Positions 53,564-62,903 of a DNA stretch of 64,000 bases are shown in pieces. Location of the stretch: positions 806,561 through 870,560 of the forward strand of contig OZ244595.1 of NCBI GenBank assembly GCA_965218235.1, in the 5' to 3' direction. A model generated the notes under the pieces. That model worked only from the letters and a program-made list of their open reading frames with translations. It was not told the origin of the DNA and did no database searches. The DNA is from Thermomicrobiales bacterium (GTDB taxonomy: Bacteria > Chloroflexota > Chloroflexia > Thermomicrobiales > UBA6265). A program made the translations under genes and the position numbers. The stretch's first letter is position 1; each line of letters begins with the position of its first letter.

Positions 53564-54101
53564 TAGTCCGGGAGCACGGCGAGCCGCGTGATCTCTCGCG
53601 CTGCCTGAAGAACGTCGCGATCGGCTTCCAGAAGACGCGGCAGTACCCGCGGGCGCGTCGTCACTTCGAGGAGGCGCTGCAGGTCCGGCGGCGGCACTCG
53701 ACGCCCCGCGACCTCGCCCACAGCATGATCAACACGGCGAAGTGGATGACGGAGATGGGCCGCTGGGACCGCGCCCTGGAGCTGTGCGAGGAGGCCCTGC
53801 CCGTCGCCCGCGAGCAGGCCACCCGCGCCGACCTCGTCCTCTGCCTGACGATCGCCGCACACGGCCTGCGCCGGGGTGGTGAGCCCATCCGGGCGATGGA
53901 GCTTTTCCGTGAATCTGAGGAGGTGAAGGGGAGATCGGTGGCGTTAGCCCAGGAGTGATGACGATGCCGGCCAGGCCGTTCGATCCGGCCCGGCCGACCC
54001 CCGCACCATCAAGCGGTGATCTCGCTCGAGGCGCCCAACCGTCAGACCAGGAATCGCGAGCCATTGGAGTAGCTCGCTGAGTTGAGGCTCAATGAGACAC
54101 T

Positions 54102-54455
54102 TCACGAGACCTTGATCATCCGCTCGACCAGCGTGGCGCATCTCTGGAGCGTCGTCCGACTGACCGTGCTCCTCCGATACAACAAACGACGATGATCAAC
54201 GGCCCGAATCTGATCGCAGAGGATGTCGGAGTCGTCGTCCAGGCCGGTTTCAGACGCATCGACATGGACGCGAGTGGGGATATTCTTGATCTGTCGCGAC
54301 ATGGGAAGGACGATCGAGACCCAACGGGCGGCGTTGACGCCGTCGACCGAAAGGATCAACGCCGGGCGAATCCCGCTCTGCTCATGCCCCAGGGTGGGCT
54401 CGAAGTCGATCTCCCAGATCTCTCCCTGCCGCGGGAATGGGTTCGCCGTCGTCAC
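54102..54455 (-). CDS. MazF/PemK-family type II toxin (endoribonuclease)
   Basis: GEIWEIDFEPTLGHEQSGIRPALILS...VLPMS...ILCDQIRAVDHRRL fits the PemK pattern. It overlaps the upstream antitoxin gene by 4 nt. Confidence 0.8.
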   Translation of the reverse strand: MTTANPFPRQGEIWEIDFEPTLGHEQSGIRPALILSVDGVNAARWVSIVLPMSRQIKNIPTRVHVDASETGLDDDSDILCDQIRAVDHRRLLYRRSTVSRTTLQRCATLVERMIKVS

Positions 54456-54709
54456 GGCTTCGGTTCGTCGTGGAGACCATCAAGCAGGGTTCCGTCGAAT
54501 ACCTTGACCTCATCCTGCAGTACGGACCACTGGACAGGATCGGCGCGAATCGTCGCGATCTTCTCTTGATAATCCGCCCAGAAGCTCGCGTCGTCATACT
54601 GGCTGACGGCTTCCTCGACGATCGTGCTGATCGACTGCTTCCGCGCCGCGGCGAGTTGCTGGAGACGGTCTCGAGTCTTCGTCTGAATTCTGATCGTGGC
54701 TGTGTTCAT
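54452..54709 (-). CDS. Ribbon-helix-helix (CopG-like) antitoxin
   Basis: GGGAGGGA RBS before ATG 54709. MNTATIRIQTKTRDRLQQLAAARKQSISTIVEEAV has the RHH pattern. ATGA overlap with the toxin start. Confidence 0.7.
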   Translation of the reverse strand: MNTATIRIQTKTRDRLQQLAAARKQSISTIVEEAVSQYDDASFWADYQEKIATIRADPVQWSVLQDEVKVFDGTLLDGLHDEPKP

Positions 54710-54767
54710 GTCGTCCCTCCCGGCGGTGTGGCGATCACAGGGACCATCCGTGGTTGTCACGCATTCT

Positions 54768-54784
54768 GTGTCACATTATGACAC
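54768..54784 (-). promoter_or_regulatory. Inverted repeat GTGTCA-CATTA-TGACAC next to a TATAGT -10-like box: probable toxin-antitoxin operator/promoter
   Basis: Perfect 6-5-6 palindrome ~60 nt upstream of the antitoxin ATG. A further GTCAC half-site lies at 54756-54760. The complement of 54783-54788 reads TATAGT. Confidence 0.5.
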
Positions 54785-54810
54785 TATATTGCGAGCGTTC
54801 ATGGCAAAGA

Positions 54811-55821
54811 TCATCTCGTTCGCGCTGGACCGGTTGATCCACGCACCATCAGCTCGACCGGTAGGTCCATCCCGTCGACGATACCGTCCTCTCCGGCGAT
54901 CCGGCCGAGGAGCAGTCGGACCGCCGCCGCGCCGATGTCCTCGAACGAGATCCGGATCGAGGTCAGCGGCGGGTCGGTGAAGCGGGTCAGCTCGATGTCG
55001 TCGCAGCCGACGACCGAGACGTCCTTGGGGATCCGTAGCCCGCGCCGCCGCAGGGCGTGCATCGCCCCGATCGCCATGTAGTCGTTCAGGACGAAGACCG
55101 CCGTGATCCCCGGTGCCCGGTCCAGCAACGTGTTCATCGCCCGGTAGCCGCCTTCGGCGGTCCACGAGCCGTTCTCGACCAGCCGGCTGGCCCAGTCCGA
55201 ATCCGCCCGCCCGATCCCCGCCGCGAAGCTGTGCAGCCGGCCGACGATCGGCTGCCAGACGGGGTCGCCGGTAATCGCGGCGATCTCCCGGTGGCCCAGG
55301 GCAGTGAGGTGGTCCGCGGTGAGCCGGCCGGTCTGGCGGTGATCCTCGACGACATGCGGGATGCCGGCGCCGAAGCTGGAGACGGCGCTGACGCTCGGGA
55401 TGGTTCCGAGGAGGTCGATCAGTGGAGTGTAGGTCTGATGGGCGATCGCGGCGCTGACGACCCCGTCGACCCGGCGCTCAAGCAGCTGCTGGACGAGCTG
55501 GTCGATGTGCGCGCCGTCCCCCTCGGCCAGCGTGAAGATCGAGAAGTAACCCTGCGCCGTCGCCTCTCGCTCGACGCCGCGCATCAGCGGCGTCAGGACG
55601 TACGACGCCAGTCCTGAGGCGACGAAGCCGATCGACCGGGTGCTGCGCGTCTTGAGGCTGCGGGCAACGGTGTTGGGGACGTAGCCCAGCTCCGCGGCCG
55701 CCGCCAGGATCCGCTCCCGGGTGGCGGGGGCGATCCGCCCCTCGCCATTGAGCGCCTTGCCGACGGTCTGGAAACTCACGCCCGCGTGCTCGGCGATGTC
55801 GCGCAGGGAGACGTGAGCCAT
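54811..55821 (-). CDS. LacI family transcriptional regulator
   Basis: MAHVSLRDIAEHAGVSFQTVGKALNG...ILAAAAELGYVPNTVARSLKT (HTH_LacI) followed by a periplasmic-binding-fold domain. GGAAGGAAAGGA RBS before ATG 55821. Confidence 0.85.
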   Translation of the reverse strand: MAHVSLRDIAEHAGVSFQTVGKALNGEGRIAPATRERILAAAAELGYVPNTVARSLKTRSTRSIGFVASGLASYVLTPLMRGVEREATAQGYFSIFTLAEGDGAHIDQLVQQLLERRVDGVVSAAIAHQTYTPLIDLLGTIPSVSAVSSFGAGIPHVVEDHRQTGRLTADHLTALGHREIAAITGDPVWQPIVGRLHSFAAGIGRADSDWASRLVENGSWTAEGGYRAMNTLLDRAPGITAVFVLNDYMAIGAMHALRRRGLRIPKDVSVVGCDDIELTRFTDPPLTSIRISFEDIGAAAVRLLLGRIAGEDGIVDGMDLPVELMVRGSTGPARTR

Positions 55822-55946
55822 CGGGGTCCTTTCCTTCCATCCGCTCGTGGCCCTGCCAGCGGCTGACTTTCCGCTGACCATTCGGGTCGTCACATTCGGC
55901 GGCAACACTACCGCAGACAGGCCACGATTTGCCCCGGTTCGTCCGG

Positions 55947-56006
55947 TTGACGGCGACGAAAGCATAGGATAAGCTCATCGCCATAACGTGAGCGAACGTT
56001 CGCGCA
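55947..56006 (+). promoter_or_regulatory. Promoter candidate (TTGACG-17 nt-TAAGCT) followed by the LacI-type operator TGAGCGAACGTTCGCGCA
   Basis: -35 at 55947-55952 and -10 at 55970-55975. The 18-bp palindrome at 55989-56006 has a perfect 12-bp core GCGAACGTTCGC and the central CG typical of LacI-family operators. Confidence 0.6.
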
Positions 56007-56177
56007 TCGGTCGTCGGGATGGAGTTGACTGCGGCCGGTCGGGCCGCGACTGATACGGTCCCGAGCGATCCTGGCTCAGCGGCGGAGGTGTCGCGAGCGG
56101 CCATTTTCGGGATCGAGGTCATCGTCCCAGTCGTGATCAGCCCGCCGGATCAGCCGCTCCAACGAAGGGGTCGTCCA

Positions 56178-57272
56178 GTGACGAACGCACGGAAACGCGT
56201 CCTGCTCATCGGTGCCGGTGGTTTCGCCAACGTCTGGGTTCACGAGTTCCTGCCCGCGTTCCAGGATCGGATCGAGGTCGTCGGCCTCGTCGACATCAAC
56301 CCCGAGACGCTCCGCCGGGCCGGCGACCGGCTCGGTGTCCCGGACGGCCAGCGCTTCCTCAGCATGGAGGAGGGGTTCGCCGGGACCACGGCCGACGCCT
56401 GCATCATCGTCGTCCAGCCCTTCCTTCGCTGGCAGGCCGTCAACCTGGCCGTCGCCCACGGTCTGCCGATCCTGGCCGAGAAGCCGATCGCCGACTCCTG
56501 GGAGACGAGCCTCGCCATCCTGAACCTCGTCCGGACGACCGGGACGAAGATGGCCGTCGTCCAGAACTACCGCTACTCCCGCCCTATCCGCACGCTCAAG
56601 CGCGTCCTCGAGAGCGGGGAGCTGGGCCGGACCAACTTCATCTCGTCCCGCTTCGCCGCCGACTACACGATCGAGACGGCCGGCGGCGCCTTCCGCCACC
56701 AGATTCCCTACGCGATGCTCTACGAGGGCGCCGTTCATCACTTCGACCAGTTCCGCAACCTGGCGGACGCCGACGGCGAATCCATCGCCGGCTTCCAGTG
56801 GAATCCGGCCTGGACGACGTTCGCCAACGACACGACGGCCGCCTTCCTGATCCGGATGACCAACGGCGTCGTCGGCCAGTTCGAGATCAACCACCTCGCC
56901 CGCGGCACCCAGAACGGCTGGCACGAGGAGGGCTACCGCGTCGAGTGCGAGCACGGCGCCGTCACGATCGACGGCGACGGGCTGGTCCGGACCCATGTCC
57001 ACCTCGGTGACAACCGGCTCCAGGTGACTGATGTCGCGCCGGTGGTCGGGGAGCACGAGGACCATCTCCAGGTCATCGCCGACTTCCTCGACTGGCTGGA
57101 CGGCGGGCCGGTCCCGAGGACGAACATCGAGGACAACATCCAGACCGCCGCGCTCTCGTTCGCGGCCGTCGAGGCGGTCCGGACGAACGCGATGATCGAT
57201 ATCCGAGCCATGGCGGAGGCGGGGCTTGCCTCGATCGCCGCCGGGGATGCCGTGTCGCTGGCAACGCGCTGA
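56178..57272 (+). CDS. Gfo/Idh/MocA family oxidoreductase
   Basis: KRVLLIGAGGFANVWVHEFLPAF Rossmann N-terminus right after GTG 56178 (GAAGGGG RBS). The track start 56019 would add 53 non-family residues. Confidence 0.7.
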   Translation: MTNARKRVLLIGAGGFANVWVHEFLPAFQDRIEVVGLVDINPETLRRAGDRLGVPDGQRFLSMEEGFAGTTADACIIVVQPFLRWQAVNLAVAHGLPILAEKPIADSWETSLAILNLVRTTGTKMAVVQNYRYSRPIRTLKRVLESGELGRTNFISSRFAADYTIETAGGAFRHQIPYAMLYEGAVHHFDQFRNLADADGESIAGFQWNPAWTTFANDTTAAFLIRMTNGVVGQFEINHLARGTQNGWHEEGYRVECEHGAVTIDGDGLVRTHVHLGDNRLQVTDVAPVVGEHEDHLQVIADFLDWLDGGPVPRTNIEDNIQTAALSFAAVEAVRTNAMIDIRAMAEAGLASIAAGDAVSLATR

Positions 57273-57308
57273 TCGTCCTTCGATCGATCAACCACGAGGA
57301 GGTGGGAG

Positions 57309-57689
57309 ATGCCGGTTATCCGGTCCGTCGACGACAAGCCCGAGTGGGTCCAGTGGAGCAACTTCGGTGTTGGCATCGTCCACGACGCCGAGCCGTTTGA
57401 CCGCCATTTCCACGACGCCCATGAGTACTGGTTCATCTACTCCGGCCGGGCTCGGGTCATGAGCGAAGGGCAGGAGTACGAGATCGGGCCAGGCGACATC
57501 CTGGTCACGAGGATGGGCGACGAGCACGACATCCTCGAGATCCTGGATGGACCGCTCAGATCGTTCTGGGTCGAAGATCGGTTGCAGGGCCAGCGGCGTC
57601 CCGGGCACCTGCACCTGCCGGACGAGCAGCCGGACCGCTCCGGACGAAGCGAATCCGACGGACCGGTAACGGCGAAAGGGGAGGGTTGA
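57309..57689 (+). CDS. Cupin domain protein
   Basis: GAGGAGG RBS. HFHDAHEYWFIYSGRARV...GPGDILVTRMGDEH has the two-motif cupin pattern. Confidence 0.7.
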   Translation: MPVIRSVDDKPEWVQWSNFGVGIVHDAEPFDRHFHDAHEYWFIYSGRARVMSEGQEYEIGPGDILVTRMGDEHDILEILDGPLRSFWVEDRLQGQRRPGHLHLPDEQPDRSGRSESDGPVTAKGEG

Positions 57690-57777
57690 TCCGAGTCGTA
57701 AAGATGAGATTCGAGCCTGAAGGAACCGGAGCCTCACCATCCGTCCCGTGTAGCAACGACGTAGAAGGAGCACTTCG

Positions 57778-59169
57778 ATGACGAACCGCACCGACCGCCC
57801 CCTGCACGACATGTTCAAGATCAATGGCTCTGCGTTCACGCGCCGAAGCCTGCTCGCCGCCGGCGGTGGGACAGCCGCGCTGCTGGCGGCTGGCCGCTTC
57901 GCCGGTCCCGCCGCCGCTCAGGATCCGGCCGAGCTGGTCTTCCAGTACTGGGGTTCGCCCCAGGAGCAGGACGCCGTCAAGGGGATGACCGACAGCTTCA
58001 ATGCGCAAAACCCCGACGTCTCGGTCCGCGCCCAGTACGTCGCCAACGATGGCTACAACGAGCGCATGACGACCGCGCTGGCCGGTGGCACCGTCCCGGA
58101 CGTCGCCTACATCGACCCCGGCATGGCCTTCGACTGGGCCGCCAACGGCCATACCCTCGATTTGACCGACTATGTCACCAACGACACCGAGACCGGCGAT
58201 CTCATGCCGAACACCAATTACACGTACAACGGGGGCCGGATCCTGAGCACCAGCCTCGCGCTCACGATCAACTGCGTCCTCTACAACAAGACCCTCTTCG
58301 GGGACGCCGGCGTCGCGGCGCCGCCGACCACCGGTGAGACGGCCTGGACCTGGGACCAGTTCGTCGACACCGCGAAGCAGCTAACGAAGGACCGTGACGG
58401 CCGCAACGCCCTCGACCCCGGTTTCGACCCGGAGAGCATCGATGTCTACGGGACTACCCTCCCGTACTGGCTCCCGATGCTCTGGAGCAACAACGCCGGC
58501 GTTGCCTCCGAAGACGGCCTGACGTTCACGATGAACTCGCCCGAGGCGCTCGACGTCCTCCAGAAGCTCCAGGACCTGATCTACGTCCACCACGTCTCGC
58601 CGACGCCGGCGGCATCCGACGCGCTGCCCGCGACCAACGTGCTCATGCAGACAGGCAAGCTCGCCATGGACTGCAACGGCGCCTTCGTCATCCTTGACTA
58701 CGCCAACAACGAGGGCCTCGACTGGGGGCTCGGCGTGCTGCCGAAGCATCAGGTCCCGGCGGTCGACCTGGCCGGCATCCCGCTCGTCGTCTCAGGTACG
58801 ACCCAATTCCCGGACCAGGCCTACGAGTTCTATCGCTGGCGCTACAGCCCGGAGCGGATCGACCTCTACGCCCGCGGTCTCTGGATGCCGGCCCTGCAGA
58901 AGTACTACACCGACGAGGCCAGCATCAATCTCTGGCTGGACCCGGCCAACGGCGTCTACCCGCCGGAGGCCCGTCAGGTCCTGATCGATTACCCGCTCAA
59001 CCACTCCAATGATCAGGCGCCGATCTACTGGCTGAAGAACTTCAACCAGCTCAACATCGAGGTCATCGGTCCGGCCTTCGAGGCGCTCTTCGCCGGCGAG
59101 GGCGACGCGGCCACGCTGTTCAACGCCGCCGCGACGGCGGCTGCCCCGCTGATGCAGGGCCGTAACTAG
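57778..59169 (+). CDS. Sugar ABC transporter substrate-binding protein (CUT1 family), TAT-like signal
   Basis: FTRRSLLAAGGGTAALLAAG leader. LVFQYWGSPQEQDAV. Paralog at 61433..62887. Confidence 0.8.
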   Translation: MTNRTDRPLHDMFKINGSAFTRRSLLAAGGGTAALLAAGRFAGPAAAQDPAELVFQYWGSPQEQDAVKGMTDSFNAQNPDVSVRAQYVANDGYNERMTTALAGGTVPDVAYIDPGMAFDWAANGHTLDLTDYVTNDTETGDLMPNTNYTYNGGRILSTSLALTINCVLYNKTLFGDAGVAAPPTTGETAWTWDQFVDTAKQLTKDRDGRNALDPGFDPESIDVYGTTLPYWLPMLWSNNAGVASEDGLTFTMNSPEALDVLQKLQDLIYVHHVSPTPAASDALPATNVLMQTGKLAMDCNGAFVILDYANNEGLDWGLGVLPKHQVPAVDLAGIPLVVSGTTQFPDQAYEFYRWRYSPERIDLYARGLWMPALQKYYTDEASINLWLDPANGVYPPEARQVLIDYPLNHSNDQAPIYWLKNFNQLNIEVIGPAFEALFAGEGDAATLFNAAATAAAPLMQGRN

Positions 59170-59284
59170 CTGGCCTCGTGGGGATGGTCGCCGGTCCGGC
59201 CATCCCCGCGCGGCTCCATCTGCCGCCACGACCCGCCTCTGACCTGCTTCAGGGTGAGCGACGAACCAGAGAGGTGACAAGCGT

Positions 59285-60229
59285 ATGGTCAACGCCATTG
59301 AATCGAACCTGGCGGTGGACCACGTCCGGGCCGAGCCAGTCCGCAAGCAGCGGGTCCGGTCGGAGACGCTCTGGGGGATGCTCTGCGTCGCGCCGGCGGT
59401 GATGGGATTCCTGCTGTTCGAGTTCGGCCCGATGGTCGCCAGCTTCATCCTGACCCTGTCCGACTGGAGCGTTTCCGGCCAGACGCACTGGCTTGGCCTC
59501 CAGAACTTCCAGACGATCTTCCAGGATGACGCGCTGTTCCGGAAGGCGGCCCGAGTCACCCTCACCTACGCGGCGGTTAGTGTCCCGCTCCAGATCGTCG
59601 TCGCCTTCCTGCTGGCGCTGCTGCTCAACGAGCGCATCAAGGGGCTGCCGATCTTCCGGACGATCTTCTACCTGCCGGCGACGGTCCCGCTGGTCGCGTC
59701 GAGCGTGCTCTGGCTCTGGATGTTCAACCCGGACTTCGGTCTGCTCAACACCATCATCACCAGGGTCGGCCTGCCCGAACAGCAGTGGATCTACTCGTCC
59801 GACACGGTGCTGCCGTCGCTGATCCTGATGAGCCTCTGGGGCGTCGGCCCGATGATGATCATCTTCCTGGCCGGGCTGACCGCCATCCCGCAGCACCTCT
59901 ACGAGGCGGTCTCGCTCGACGGCGGCAACGTCTTCAACCGCCTCTGGAGCGTGACGATCCCGATGATCACGCCGACGATCTTCTTCAACCTCATCCTCAG
60001 CGTGATCGGCGCGCTTCAGACGTTCATCCAGGCCTACGTCATCACCGACGGAGGGCCGAACAACGCCAGTCTGTTCTACGGGCTCTATCTCTACCGCAAG
60101 GCGTTCGAACTCGGCGATCTCGGCTACGCGGCCGCTCTGGGCGTGATCCAGTTCGCGGTCATCGCCGTGTTGACCGTGATCGTCTTCTCGACATCCAACC
60201 GCTGGGTCCATTACGGGGGAGAGGATTAG
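59285..60229 (+). CDS. Sugar ABC transporter permease (MalF/UgpA-like)
   Basis: Six TM helices and EAA loop LYEAVSLDGGNVFNRLWSVTIPMI. Confidence 0.8.
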   Translation: MVNAIESNLAVDHVRAEPVRKQRVRSETLWGMLCVAPAVMGFLLFEFGPMVASFILTLSDWSVSGQTHWLGLQNFQTIFQDDALFRKAARVTLTYAAVSVPLQIVVAFLLALLLNERIKGLPIFRTIFYLPATVPLVASSVLWLWMFNPDFGLLNTIITRVGLPEQQWIYSSDTVLPSLILMSLWGVGPMMIIFLAGLTAIPQHLYEAVSLDGGNVFNRLWSVTIPMITPTIFFNLILSVIGALQTFIQAYVITDGGPNNASLFYGLYLYRKAFELGDLGYAAALGVIQFAVIAVLTVIVFSTSNRWVHYGGED

Positions 60230-61132
60230 ATGGCGACCATCCGTACCGATGACGCGCTCGGGGTCCGGGCGCCCCGACGTTCCTTCCTGCAGAGCCAGCG
60301 CGCGAGGCGGCGGATCGCGCTGGGCATCGCCTACGCGATCTGTCTGGTCTTCAGCGTGGCCATGTTGTTCCCCTTCGCCTGGCTGGTCCGCAGCTCCGTG
60401 ATGAGCCTGAACCAGATCTTCGTCTTTCCTCCAGAATGGATCCCCCGGCCCTGGCTCTGGAGCAACTACGACGAGGCGCTGACCGAGACCATCCCGTTCG
60501 GCCGGTACTTCATGAACACGCTGGTCATTGTTGTGCTCGTCGTGACGGGCACCGTGATCTCCTCGACGCTGGCGGCCTACGGCTTCGCCCGGCTGCGCTG
60601 GCCAGGTCGGGACATCGTCTTCGGAATCATGCTCAGCACCCTGATGCTGCCCTACGCGGTGACGCTGATCCCAACCTTCATCATCTGGAGCCACCTCGGG
60701 CTGACCAACACGATCATTCCGCTGACGCTGCCGGCCTGGTTCGGCGGCGGGATGTTCAACATCTTCCTGCTCCGCCAGTTCTTCCGGACGATCCCGCGTG
60801 ATCTCGACGACGCGGCCCGCCTCGACGGCGCTTCGCCGCCCCGGATTCTCTGGGACATCATCGTCCCGCTCAGCCGCCCGGCCCTGATCACGGTCGGCAT
60901 CTTCTCGTTCCTCGCCACCTGGAACGACTTCCTCAACCCGCTGATCTACCTGACCGACGATCGCAAGTACACCCTGGCGCTGGGCCTGGCTCAGTTCAAG
61001 GGCCTCTACAACTCCGAGTGGGGCTTGCTCATGGCCGCCTCGACCGTCGTGCTCATTCCAACGCTCGTCCTGTTCTTCATTGCCCAGCGGTACTTCATCG
61101 CCGGAATCGCCGTGACCGGCCTCAAGGGCTAG
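60230..61132 (+). CDS. Sugar ABC transporter permease (MalG/UgpE-like)
   Basis: Its start abuts the upstream stop. EAA loop LDDAARLDGASPPRILWDIIVPL. Confidence 0.8.
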   Translation: MATIRTDDALGVRAPRRSFLQSQRARRRIALGIAYAICLVFSVAMLFPFAWLVRSSVMSLNQIFVFPPEWIPRPWLWSNYDEALTETIPFGRYFMNTLVIVVLVVTGTVISSTLAAYGFARLRWPGRDIVFGIMLSTLMLPYAVTLIPTFIIWSHLGLTNTIIPLTLPAWFGGGMFNIFLLRQFFRTIPRDLDDAARLDGASPPRILWDIIVPLSRPALITVGIFSFLATWNDFLNPLIYLTDDRKYTLALGLAQFKGLYNSEWGLLMAASTVVLIPTLVLFFIAQRYFIAGIAVTGLKG

Positions 61133-61150
61133 GGGAGGGAGAGGACAACT

Positions 61151-61168
61151 GCCGCCCCGGAGGGCGGC
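61151..61168 (+). terminator. Small GC hairpin just after the permease stop
   Basis: GCCGCCC-CGGA-GGGCGGC (7-bp stem, 4-nt loop). No U-tract. Confidence 0.3.
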
Positions 61169-61175
61169 GACACGA

Positions 61176-61344
61176 CCCCTCCCCAACCCCTCCCCGGCCC
61201 GGATCGTCCCTTCGGTCCTCACCGTCCGGAGAGGGGCTCCGTTTCCGCAGCGTCGTTCCGGACTACGACGCCGGAGGCAGCCAGACACCCCTCTCCGGCC
61301 GCGAGCCCGCAGGCGAGCAGGGTCGGGGAGGGGCTGGGGAAGGG
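61176..61344. repeat. 169-bp nested-palindrome, G-quadruplex-prone repeat element (copy 1)
   Basis: Outer arms CCCCTCCCCAACCCCTCCCC (61176-61195) and GGGGAGGGGCTGGGGAAGGG (61325-61344) are 18/20 complementary. Inner arms CCGGAGAGGGG (61226-61236) and CCCCTCTCCGG (61288-61298) pair perfectly. It shares the 13-mer GGAGAGGGGCTCC with copy 2. Confidence 0.8.
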
Positions 61345-61432
61345 TTATCCGGCAAGCCACCACGCCGTTTAGCTCCCGCCGCCCACCGTTCACCGTCCAT
61401 TTGACATCGCCGTAGATCTGAAAGGGAATGCA

Positions 61433-62887
61433 ATGACGCACGGTAATGAACCCCGTACCGCCTCCGCTGCCCACCCCGCCACCGCCTTCGAGGCGATCAT
61501 GCAGGCGCTGGACCGGGCGCAACTCTCCCGCCGCAAGCTGCTCGTTGGGACGGCGGCGGCCAGCGCGGCCGTCGCCGCCGGAGCCGCCAGTGGCCCGCGG
61601 TTCGCGGCCGCGCAGGACGCGACGGAGATCGTCTTTACCTACTGGGGCTCGCCGCAGGAGCAGGACGCCGTCGCCAGCATGTGCGACAGCTTCAACGAGC
61701 AGAACCCGACCATCCAGGTCCGGGCCCAGTACATCCCCAACGACGGCTACATCGAGAAGATCACCACGATGCTGGCGTCCAACACGCTGGCCGATGTCGC
61801 CTACATGGACGCCGCCCAGGCGTGGGATATCACCGTTGGTGGCGCGACGCTGGACCTGGCCCAGTTCGTCGCCGGCGATGCAGAATCGGGCACCCTCGTC
61901 CCGAACACCAACTACGTCTACGACGGCGGCAAGGTAATGAGCACCAGTCTCGCCATCGGCATCATCCTGACCTATTACAACAGGAAGCTGTTCGACGACG
62001 CCGGGATCCCTGTCCCGTCCTCGAAGGCCGCCGACGCGATGGCCTGGCCGGCCTTCGTCGATCTCGCCAAGAGCCTGACGAAAGACCGCTCCGGCCGCGA
62101 CGCCCACGACCCCGAGTTCGACGCCGGGAGCATCGACGTCTACGGCGTCACCTTCCAGCAGTTCCTCGAGGGTTATATGCCCTACATCCTGAGCAACGGC
62201 GGGAACTTCGCCAGCGCCGACGGGACTCAGCTGCTGCTCAACCAGCCCGAGGCGGTCGAGGCACTCCAGAACCTCCAGGACCTGATCTACGTCCACCACG
62301 TCGCCCCGACACCCGCCCAGTCGTCGGCGCTCCCCGCCACGGATGTCCTGATGCAGACCGGCAAGATCGCGATGGATCTGAACGGCATGTGGAAGGTCCT
62401 CGACTATAGCCAGCACGAGGGGCTGGACTGGGGCGTCGCGCCGCTGCCGTACTTCAAGGAGCCGGTCACCGTCCGGTTCGGCATCCCGATCATCGTCTCG
62501 GCCCAGACCGCCAACCCGGCCGCGACCTACGAGTTCTACCGGTGGCGCTACAGCCCGGACCGGATCGACCTCTACCGCCGCGGCCTCTGGATGCCGATCG
62601 AGCAGGCGTCCTACACGGACGAGACGAAGATCGCGGCCTGGATCGACGCCGAGGAGGGCGTCTACCCGGAGAACGCCCGCGACGTCTTCATCGACTACGC
62701 CCTCAACAACGCGCCCTACCAGACGCCGGGCTACTGGCTGAAGAACCTCAACCAGATCCTGCTCGAGGCCGTCACTCCGGCCCTCGACCTGATCTGGACC
62801 GGCGAGGCGACGGCCCAGGCGGCGATGGATCAGGCCGTCGCCAACGCGACTCCGCTGATGCAGGGCGTCTACCAGCCCCCGGCTTGA
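61433..62887 (+). CDS. Sugar ABC transporter substrate-binding protein (CUT1 family), TAT-like signal; paralog of 57778..59169
   Basis: LSRRKLLVGTAAASAAVAAG leader. IVFTYWGSPQEQDAV. AAAGGGA RBS. Confidence 0.8.
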   Translation: MTHGNEPRTASAAHPATAFEAIMQALDRAQLSRRKLLVGTAAASAAVAAGAASGPRFAAAQDATEIVFTYWGSPQEQDAVASMCDSFNEQNPTIQVRAQYIPNDGYIEKITTMLASNTLADVAYMDAAQAWDITVGGATLDLAQFVAGDAESGTLVPNTNYVYDGGKVMSTSLAIGIILTYYNRKLFDDAGIPVPSSKAADAMAWPAFVDLAKSLTKDRSGRDAHDPEFDAGSIDVYGVTFQQFLEGYMPYILSNGGNFASADGTQLLLNQPEAVEALQNLQDLIYVHHVAPTPAQSSALPATDVLMQTGKIAMDLNGMWKVLDYSQHEGLDWGVAPLPYFKEPVTVRFGIPIIVSAQTANPAATYEFYRWRYSPDRIDLYRRGLWMPIEQASYTDETKIAAWIDAEEGVYPENARDVFIDYALNNAPYQTPGYWLKNLNQILLEAVTPALDLIWTGEATAQAAMDQAVANATPLMQGVYQPPA

Positions 62888-62903
62888 CGGACGGCGGGCG
62901 TAA

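Larger units (their letters stand above)
52236..53958 (+). pseudogene. TPR-like repeat protein gene split by an IS insertion (halves 52236..52700 and 53566..53958)
   Basis: Removing the IS and one copy of the duplicated target joins ..EALPL to VREHGEPRDL.. in the same frame as ORF 53725..53958, giving one ORF of about 286 codons. GAGGAG RBS at 52236. Confidence 0.75.
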
